Assembly (NCBI GenBank): GCA_963705915.1 | Contig: OY970126.1 | Coordinates: 102,753 to 166,752 of the forward strand | Reading direction: 5' to 3' | Source: an uncultured bacterium | Lineage (GTDB): Bacteria; Patescibacteriota; Minisyncoccia; UBA6257; 2-01-FULL-56-20 | DNA length: 64,000 nt | In this document: positions 50,830-57,630 of the stretch, in pieces | Position numbering within the stretch: the first letter of the stretch is position 1 | How the letters are laid out: each line of letters starts with the position of its first letter | Program-made: the position numbers and the translations under genes | The notes under the pieces: generated by a model | Database searches by the model: none | The model's input: only the letters and a program-made list of their open reading frames with translations | What the model was told of the DNA's origin: nothing

Positions 50830-51393
50830 ATGGCACTCGCGTATACCGATTTAACCAAGGGAGTTTTGTTCATCATGGACGGAGCACCGTACGAAGTCAT
50901 CGAGACGCATTTTTTGCGCATGCAACAGCGGAAGGCTGTCGTGCAGACCCGCATCCGGAATTTGATTACGGGCAAACTTTTGGACCGCAATTTTCAGGCA
51001 AGCGACAGCTTTGAGGAAGCCGAAATCAGCAAACAAAATGCCATATTTATCTATATGAGCAAAGGTGAGTACTGGTTCCACGAAGAAGGCAATCCCAAGA
51101 ATCGTTTTTCTTTGAACGCCGATCTTGTTGGCGACCAGGGCCAATTCTTGAAACCAAATACCAAAGTGCAGACGATGGTTTTTAACGAAAAAGTGATCAA
51201 GGTTGAGATCCCGGTGAAAATGGATTTCAAAGTGATCGAAGCTCCGCCGTCCATCAAAGGAAATACGGCGCAAGGCGGCACGAAATCGGTGACGATCGAA
51301 GGCGGCGCCAAGGTGAATGTCCCGCTTTTCATCAACGAAGGCGAGATGATTCGCATCAACACGCAAACGGGCGACTACGTTGAGCGCATTTAG
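50830..51393 (+). CDS. efp: Elongation factor P with atypical loop
   Basis: PP..KGNTA.GG.K, VPLFI..GE.I.I.T.TG.Y.ER; loop reads RMQQRK. Confidence 0.93.
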   Translation: MALAYTDLTKGVLFIMDGAPYEVIETHFLRMQQRKAVVQTRIRNLITGKLLDRNFQASDSFEEAEISKQNAIFIYMSKGEYWFHEEGNPKNRFSLNADLVGDQGQFLKPNTKVQTMVFNEKVIKVEIPVKMDFKVIEAPPSIKGNTAQGGTKSVTIEGGAKVNVPLFINEGEMIRINTQTGDYVERI

Positions 51394-51451
51394 GGTGTAG
51401 CGCATTTAGCCCAAACGTTGACTGAAGCTCTCCCAAAACTCGCATACTACT

Positions 51452-52588
51452 ATGGTGACCTTGAATGAAACCAACAAAAAGGTTTTTGTCGGCATGTCCG
51501 GCGGCGTTGATAGTTCCGTCACGGCATTGCTCCTTAAAGAACGCGGCTATGATGTCGTGGGTGTTTTTATGCGCTGTTACAACATCGATGGCTGTGCCGA
51601 GCGCGACGCCGAAGACGCCCGCCGTGTTGCGGAACATATCGGCGTCCCGTTCTACGTCTGGGATTTTGAAAAGGAATACAAAGAGCGGGTGGTGCAATAT
51701 ATGATCGACGGCTATCGCAATGGCATCACGCCGAATCCCGACGTGATGTGCAACCGCGAAATCAAATTCGGTTTGTTTTTGGAAAAAGCGCTTGAGGCTG
51801 GCGCCGATTATGTTGCAACGGGGCATTATGTGAAGATTGCAGAAAAGAACTCCTTTGATATGGCTGGCAAAAATGGCGGCAAAAATTCCGGCGCCAAATC
51901 GTTTTCGTTATTCGCAGCCGAGGACAAGAGCAAAGATCAGTCATATTTTTTGTGGACGCTCACGCAGAAGCAATTGCAGCATTGTACATTCCCGATCGGA
52001 GATTATAAGAAGACCGAAGTGCGTGCGATTGCCCGCCGCGCCGGATTACCTACGGCCGAGAAGAAAGATTCGCAGGGGATCTGTTTTTTGGGACAGGTGA
52101 CAATCGCGGATTTCCTCAAAGAATATATTCCCGAAAAGCGCGGCGCACTTGTGATGACGACGGGCGAACCCGTCGGCGAACATTCCGGCGCCGAGTTCTA
52201 TACCATCGGTCAGCGGCACATCAATGCGGATTTCAAGTTTCCAAAGAATGGCGCTCGCGAACGCCAGCCGCTGTATGTTGCGTCAAAGGATGCAAAGACG
52301 AATACCGTAGTCCTCGCAGAAGGCGAAGGGAACGAAGCGTTGTATCGAAAAGAGGTTTCTCTTGTTGGTGTGAATATTATTGATCACGGAGATTTGAAAG
52401 GAGGATCGGCCAAAGTTTTTGCCCGGGTCCGCTATCGACAGCCCTTATCGCCGGCGACTTTATCACCGCTCGAGAATGGTACTTATCGACTCGCATTTGA
52501 AAAGCCGCAGAAGTTTGTTGCTGAAGGCCAGTCGGCAGTTTGGTATTCAGAAAAAGGGGAGATGTTGGGAGGTGGAGTGATTATGTAG
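51452..52588 (+). CDS. mnmA: tRNA 2-thiouridylase
   Basis: MSGGVDSS, TPNPDVMCN, ATGHY, KDQSYFL, KKDSQGICF. Confidence 0.96.
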   Translation: MVTLNETNKKVFVGMSGGVDSSVTALLLKERGYDVVGVFMRCYNIDGCAERDAEDARRVAEHIGVPFYVWDFEKEYKERVVQYMIDGYRNGITPNPDVMCNREIKFGLFLEKALEAGADYVATGHYVKIAEKNSFDMAGKNGGKNSGAKSFSLFAAEDKSKDQSYFLWTLTQKQLQHCTFPIGDYKKTEVRAIARRAGLPTAEKKDSQGICFLGQVTIADFLKEYIPEKRGALVMTTGEPVGEHSGAEFYTIGQRHINADFKFPKNGARERQPLYVASKDAKTNTVVLAEGEGNEALYRKEVSLVGVNIIDHGDLKGGSAKVFARVRYRQPLSPATLSPLENGTYRLAFEKPQKFVAEGQSAVWYSEKGEMLGGGVIM

Positions 52589-52604
52589 AACGGCCGCGCC
52601 GCAG

Positions 52605-52677
52605 TGGACCCGACGGGATTTGCACCCGCACCCCCTATTTGCTAAAGATAGATGCTCTTCTGTTAAGCTACGGGCCC
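52605..52677 (-). tRNA. Non-canonical tRNA-Ala-like RNA (G3:U70, A73, 9-nt anticodon loop)
   Basis: GGGCCCG TA GCTT AACAGAA GAGC A TCTAT CTTTAGCAA ATAGG GGGT GCGGG TGCAAAT CCCGT CGGGTCC A; all four stems pair; CCA not encoded. Confidence 0.75.
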
Positions 52678-52725
52678 AAGATCCATGCGGCAAGACCATC
52701 GTAGCAAGATAGCCATTAAAACAAT

Positions 52726-52806
52726 CTAAAAATAATAGCCACTGAAGTGGCTATTATTTTTAGCAAATAGGGCGACATCCGCAACTTAAGCGAACATCTA
52801 TCTTTA
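52726..52806 (-). ncRNA. Candidate small RNA (sRNA-2) complementary to the anticodon arm of the tRNA-like RNA
   Basis: Promoter, central hairpin, perfect 17-bp terminator stem; 15-bp and 11-14-bp complementarity to 52633-52657. Confidence 0.7.
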
Positions 52807-52811
52807 CTTCT

Positions 52812-52839
52812 ATTTTAGCTTGCGGAGCAGGGTTGTCAA
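52812..52839 (-). promoter_or_regulatory. Sigma70 promoter driving sRNA-2
   Basis: Minus strand TTGACA-16-TAAAAT. Confidence 0.7.
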
Positions 52840-52946
52840 ATGTGATTTAATAATTCTTTAATCTTTATTTTAGATTCTCTTAATGGCCTAAGGCGCATAA
52901 TCATAGCAGTTCTTTGTCGTTACTATGAAAGCTAAGGAGGAACGAT

Positions 52947-53084
52947 ATGAAGCGCGTTCGGGTTATTGACGGTTATGTTTTGCCCAAAAAATTTAAAAAG
53001 CCGCAGAAGTTTGTCGCCGAAGGCCAGTCGGCAGTTTGGTATTCGGAGGAAGGGGAGATGTTGGGAGGCGGAATAATGTATTAA
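52947..53084 (+). CDS. 45-aa chimeric ORF: new N-terminus fused in frame to duplicated MnmA C-terminus
   Basis: TAAGGAGG SD; MKRVRVIDGYVLPKK-FKKPQKFVAEGQSAVWYSEEGEMLGGGIMY. Confidence 0.45.
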   Translation: MKRVRVIDGYVLPKKFKKPQKFVAEGQSAVWYSEEGEMLGGGIMY

Positions 53085-53119
53085 AAATTTAGGCGAGTAT
53101 ACCTTCATAGCATGTAGCT

Positions 53120-53692
53120 ATGAAAATGATTATACTTATAACAATGACTTTTTCGGACATAGCAAGCTCTACAATAGGAGCAGGGCAATTTTTGTCATCA
53201 CACATTCTAGGAGAAACGATAACCCTCATAATAATCGCGATTGCGGCGATATTGGCTCGTCCTATAACCAATATGCTTGACCGCTTCTCTCCACCAAAGG
53301 ATGTACAAAAAGACGTGATAGTGTCTTGGGTGGAAACCTACCTAGATGCCATTTTTGAGGCAGTCAATAATGGGACGAGAGATGTTGTATTGAAAGCTCA
53401 CGGATTACGATATTACGATAATTCCCACAATCAAGAATGGTTTGGCTATTGGAATAGGAGATTGAAACCAGAAGACAGGACAGGGCTTACGGTTCCCAAT
53501 ACAACTGATCTAGTTATTCATCACTACAACTTACTTAGTCATGCGGTCTATTGCGCCTACGTAACGGACAATTCAGGAAAAGAATATCGCTATTTCCCAG
53601 AAGGGTACTATCGGGGTCATATAAAGCGATTTTGGTATTGGGCGACAGGAAGAAAGTTCAAAGTACCCCCTGTAACCTTTCCCACGGAATGA
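53120..53692 (+). CDS. Hypothetical TM protein (AT-rich island)
   Basis: 190 aa ORF with one TM; start uncertain. Confidence 0.6.
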   Translation: MKMIILITMTFSDIASSTIGAGQFLSSHILGETITLIIIAIAAILARPITNMLDRFSPPKDVQKDVIVSWVETYLDAIFEAVNNGTRDVVLKAHGLRYYDNSHNQEWFGYWNRRLKPEDRTGLTVPNTTDLVIHHYNLLSHAVYCAYVTDNSGKEYRYFPEGYYRGHIKRFWYWATGRKFKVPPVTFPTE

Positions 53693-53732
53693 AAGTAGGT
53701 TTTGGGATACAATTAAGAAGACATTTTCTCAT

Positions 53733-54149
53733 ATGGGCGATATCTTTAAACGCGACATTTTATCTCATCTCGAAACCATTTCCAATGATAATTGGGGTTC
53801 ATTAGAAAAAAGCATTTTATCGGTTATTGCGAGTGGCTTCCTGGGTCTTTTCATTGGTTTCAGTAAAGACAATCTTTTCCATAGTGGAACGCTGATTTTT
53901 TCACTATTTTGTTTCGCTAGCTGTATTATATTTTTTACACTATCTTATTTGGTGCATCATTTCCTCACTTCATCATTAAAGAAAAAAATGAAGGCAAAAC
54001 CGGATCAATTCCCAGAGGAAGATTATGCTAAATTAGCAGAAGAAAGCTGGCTTCGTTATGCTATGAGTTTTTGTAATTATGCTTTTGTTGCTTGTTTCAT
54101 AGCCGGAATAATCGCAATAACAATTTTTGGATATTTAAATCTTGTTTAA
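53733..54149 (+). CDS. Hypothetical three-TM protein (island)
   Basis: Hydrophobic ORF in AT-rich region. Confidence 0.65.
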   Translation: MGDIFKRDILSHLETISNDNWGSLEKSILSVIASGFLGLFIGFSKDNLFHSGTLIFSLFCFASCIIFFTLSYLVHHFLTSSLKKKMKAKPDQFPEEDYAKLAEESWLRYAMSFCNYAFVACFIAGIIAITIFGYLNLV

Positions 54150-54151
54150 TA

Positions 54152-54328
54152 ATGAACTGGAAAAAGATAGTAAAATGGATATTTATTCTCGCAATCATTG
54201 TTTGGTGGTTTAATGCCATACGGACGGAGCCGATACAGGGCGATAAAGAATTACTTATTGGAAGCAATATCGTATTTATTGGCATACTTCTTATCATTGG
54301 ACCACATGTTAAAATACCAAAAGAATGA
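54152..54328 (+). CDS. Small two-TM protein (island)
   Basis: MNWKKIVKWIFILAII..., tightly packed after the previous gene. Confidence 0.5.
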   Translation: MNWKKIVKWIFILAIIVWWFNAIRTEPIQGDKELLIGSNIVFIGILLIIGPHVKIPKE

Positions 54329-54620
54329 CAGACAAAGATAAGTTTTATAAACTCCTTGAGAAAATGGAGTATTTCAAGTCGATTTCCGGATTTAGGTTTA
54401 TATCTAACAAGACCGACTACGAGTGTGGCGCCGAATCAAATTCGGAGAAAATCTAAAACCTCATAAAAATAAAATAAAGAAAGCCCTCCTAATCGCCAGA
54501 CATGTGTTCAAAAAAGAATCTTCTATAAGCTTCGTATTTTCCACCGAAATCAATGTTGATAAAAAGATATGCGATGAGATGGGGTTTACCAAGGTTACAA
54601 CTTGGAAAAAAGGAAAGTAA
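54325..54620 (+). pseudogene. Possible frameshifted hypothetical gene
   Basis: ATGA-coupled ORF MTDKDKFYKLL... stops early; another frame (54423-54620) continues to the end of the region. Confidence 0.3.
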
Positions 54621-54632
54621 ACGCTTTTGCAA

Positions 54633-55655
54633 CTAAGCCTTCGCGATATTTTTCTTGATATCTAAGAACACTCCTGTCGGAGATTGATCCGCTGGAAATA
54701 TTTCCTTTAATGAATAGGGGAAATAGCCTTTGATGGCTTTCCAAATTTTGATTGTAGGAGCAATTTCATAACCTGCACCAGGTTCTTTCTTGCCCTCCAT
54801 CCTATCTTTGAAATTTTCAGGTTGCTCGGGTGAAATTATATAGATTTCCAATTTATGCTCATCAATGGCTTTTAAGATGAGATTATTGATATGCTCATCC
54901 CGAAAGCTGTATCCGATGACAAATAATCTCGTTCCCGGTTTAGAGATCGCTTCTTCGAAAATATTGAAATACCAATTCAGTAGAGGCTCCTTTGTTATAT
55001 CTTCCAATTTATTGGTTCCTAAAATTAACTGACTGCTTCCGTCGTGGGAAAGCCAGCCTATAGAACCGTGAAGTTTGATATAGCAATAACCTCCGATAGA
55101 AGGCAATTTTTTTTCTTTGTATTCTTTTAATTGATCTTCGTTTGGCAAAGACACCTTAGTAGTGGAATCAATTCTTCCGGATTGGATCGCGTCAAAATAA
55201 GGTCTATTGCCAGGAACAGAAAACCCCAACGGCATCGTTTTGTTTTCGCGTTCAATAAATAGATCTTGATTTAAAGTGAAGTGTGCGCCAACCTCCCCTG
55301 ACCGCCCCGCGAAATCGCCGAGCCATTGTCTGACATTTCCAGTGTAGATACCAAACTTGCCATAATCTCCCTGAGAATATCTTTTTAGAGAATCATCCAT
55401 TGAAGAATAACTTTCCAAGACGATATCCTGAAAAACCTTCTTATCGTTGGCGGTGTACCTGGGATCTCTTTTGACGGCAGAATACACCGACTCGAAATCG
55501 AAGTCATTTTTTAAGACTTCTCTAATCTGGGGGATGGCGTCCATTTGAGGATTGCTGAGTATTTTCGACCACATTTCTTTGGCTAATAAGCCCCCAAAAT
55601 TGAAAGAGAAGCCAGCTCCAGTAAGCAGAATATTTTTCTTAGTTATTAAAGCCAT
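54633..55655 (-). CDS. SIR2-like domain protein (putative anti-phage NADase)
   Basis: LLTGAGFS, FTLNQD..IE, IKLHGS, LFVIGYSFRDEHIN. Confidence 0.85.
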   Translation of the reverse strand: MALITKKNILLTGAGFSFNFGGLLAKEMWSKILSNPQMDAIPQIREVLKNDFDFESVYSAVKRDPRYTANDKKVFQDIVLESYSSMDDSLKRYSQGDYGKFGIYTGNVRQWLGDFAGRSGEVGAHFTLNQDLFIERENKTMPLGFSVPGNRPYFDAIQSGRIDSTTKVSLPNEDQLKEYKEKKLPSIGGYCYIKLHGSIGWLSHDGSSQLILGTNKLEDITKEPLLNWYFNIFEEAISKPGTRLFVIGYSFRDEHINNLILKAIDEHKLEIYIISPEQPENFKDRMEGKKEPGAGYEIAPTIKIWKAIKGYFPYSLKEIFPADQSPTGVFLDIKKNIAKA

Positions 55656-55765
55656 CCCGGTTTTCCTTATATACTAAATTACCCGACCCCTCTTGGTCTA
55701 TGGTGCCAAAACTAGACTGCTGGGGGAAATGGATTCGAATCCAAGGAATCGGTTACAATTAAGGT

Positions 55766-57214
55766 ATGCTCGAAGACATTCTCGCTGACCGCCGCAAGAA
55801 GCTCGATACCCTCAAAAAGGCTGGCATCGATCCGTATCCTGCCCATGTAAAGCGCAGCTTTTCGGTTGGGCACGCGCTCGACCATTTTGATGAGCTCGAA
55901 AAGAGCCGCGAAGGCATCTCGCTTGTCGGTCGCGTGCGGAGCTTGCGCGACCAGGGGAAGATTATGTTTGCCGACCTTGAAGACGGCAAGGGAAAGATTC
56001 AGGTGGTCTTTAGGGGAGAGGACATCAAAGATTTGGATTTCTGGCGCAAGGTGATCGACCTCGGCGATTTCATTTCGGTCACGGGCCCGCTCTTCATCAC
56101 AAAGCGTGGCGAGCGGAGCATCGAAGTCCATCACATCCAGATGGCTTCGAAGGCGCTCTATCCGTTGCCCGACAAGTGGGAGGGACTTGAGGATATCGAA
56201 GCGCGACTTCGCGAGCGGTATCTCGACCTCATTGCGCATCCAGAAATCAAAGATCTTTTCATTAAGAAAGCTATTTTCTGGACGAGCGTCCGGGAGTTTT
56301 TGGAAACCGAAGGATTTTTGGAAGTCGAAACGAGCGTACTCGAATCGATGGCCGGCGGCGCCGAGGCAGAGCCATTCGTCACGCATCACAACGCGCTCGA
56401 TACGGAATTCTATCTTCGTATCTCGCTTGAGCTGCAGCTCAAGAAACTCGTCACGGGCGGCTTTGAAAAAATATTCGAGATCGGACGCGTATTCCGCAAT
56501 GAAGGTATCGATCGCGAGCACCTCCAGGATTTCACCTTCATGGAATGCTATTGGGCCTACCACGATTACCGCGACATGATGGAACTCATGCAGAGGATGT
56601 ATAAGTTCGTCATCGAAAAAACGATGGGTAGTTTGCGGACGGCTTCGCTCGGTTTCCATATAGACTGGGAAAAACCCTGGCCCGAAATCGATTACGTAAA
56701 GATTTTCAAAAAAGAGAACGGCTTTGATCCGCTCGAAGCGACGCATGAGCAGTTGTTCAAGCGGGCAAAGGATCTCGGCCTCGCGCCCGAAAAGGGATTG
56801 CAGAAAGGACGCCTCATCGACCTTGTGTATAAAAAGACGGTGCGGCCGAAGCTCATCGAGCCATGTTTCCTGGTTGGCCATCCGCTCATCGTCTCGCCGC
56901 TTTCAAAAGCGTCGCGTGAAAATCCGGAGATCGCCGAACGGTTCCAGATTGTGGCATGCGGGAGCGAACTGGGCAACGGCTATTCCGAGCTCAATGATCC
57001 GCAAGACCAGCGACAGCGGTTTGAAGCCCAGATGGATTTGAGGAAGAAAGGGGACAACGAAGCGATGCAGCTCGATGAAGATTTTTTGAAAGCGCTCGAA
57101 TACGGCATGCCGCCGACCGCCGGTTTTGGCATGTCGGAACGGGTATTCGCCATTCTCATGGATAAACCCGTGCGCGAGACGGTGTTCTTCCCGCTCATGC
57201 GACCCAAGAAATAA
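55766..57214 (+). CDS. lysS: Lysine--tRNA ligase (class II)
   Basis: GGAEAEPF.THHNALD, YLRIS.EL, FRNEGID, EYGMPPTAGFG. Confidence 0.97.
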   Translation: MLEDILADRRKKLDTLKKAGIDPYPAHVKRSFSVGHALDHFDELEKSREGISLVGRVRSLRDQGKIMFADLEDGKGKIQVVFRGEDIKDLDFWRKVIDLGDFISVTGPLFITKRGERSIEVHHIQMASKALYPLPDKWEGLEDIEARLRERYLDLIAHPEIKDLFIKKAIFWTSVREFLETEGFLEVETSVLESMAGGAEAEPFVTHHNALDTEFYLRISLELQLKKLVTGGFEKIFEIGRVFRNEGIDREHLQDFTFMECYWAYHDYRDMMELMQRMYKFVIEKTMGSLRTASLGFHIDWEKPWPEIDYVKIFKKENGFDPLEATHEQLFKRAKDLGLAPEKGLQKGRLIDLVYKKTVRPKLIEPCFLVGHPLIVSPLSKASRENPEIAERFQIVACGSELGNGYSELNDPQDQRQRFEAQMDLRKKGDNEAMQLDEDFLKALEYGMPPTAGFGMSERVFAILMDKPVRETVFFPLMRPKK

Positions 57215-57265
57215 AAAAACACCACCGAGGTTCCTGGTGGTGTGCTTAAGATTACGATCGCTGGA

Positions 57266-57565
57266 TTAACTCGCGTTACGGAGCGGTCTTTCTGCACCGG
57301 AAGCGGGTGATAGTTCCTGGGGGTAAAATGCTTTTTTGAGGATTTCTGCTCTCGAGGCGAGCATCTCATTGAATTGTCGAAGTGTTTCCCTTCGGAAGCT
57401 GTCTTCTGCGCCGATATCTTTCTGGTGCGCAGTCACTGCCTCTTCGAACGTTTTATACTTATGGGCGCGCAGGTCCTGCTCAAAGCACGAGAAAATGTTC
57501 TGTGCGTTTCTTTTCGCCGAAGCCATATCGTTTTTGTCCATTGGTCTGGAGTAGCCCAAGGTCAT
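57266..57565 (-). CDS. Small hypothetical protein
   Basis: GGGAGG SD before ATG; convergent hairpin at about 57214-57244. Confidence 0.6.
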   Translation of the reverse strand: MTLGYSRPMDKNDMASAKRNAQNIFSCFEQDLRAHKYKTFEEAVTAHQKDIGAEDSFRRETLRQFNEMLASRAEILKKAFYPQELSPASGAERPLRNAS

Positions 57566-57630
57566 GATGTCCTCCCGTAGCGTTTACGATTAAGTTACTC
57601 CGCTGTTTATAGCGCAAAATGCCGGGAAAA

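Larger units (their letters stand above)
52495..53081 (+). repeat. Imperfect direct repeat of the mnmA 3' end (52495-52588 and 52991-53081)
   Basis: AAAGCCGCAGAAGTTTGT.GC.GAAGGCCAGTCGGCAGTTTGGTATTC.GA..AAGGGGAGATGTTGGGAGG.GGA occurs twice. Confidence 0.92.

Noticed and set aside
52605-52677. tmRNA call for the Ala-identity element
   Set aside because: It is a closed 73-nt cloverleaf with D and anticodon arms and no tag-reading frame or pseudoknot region.
55701-55745. Functional tRNA gene before lysS
   Set aside because: Only a T-arm/acceptor-like fragment is present; at most an attachment-site scar.
55712-56881. 389-aa antisense ORF over lysS, and similar long antisense ORFs such as 59089-60210 over dnaE
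   Set aside because: Shadow frames of conserved genes with no recognisable motifs.
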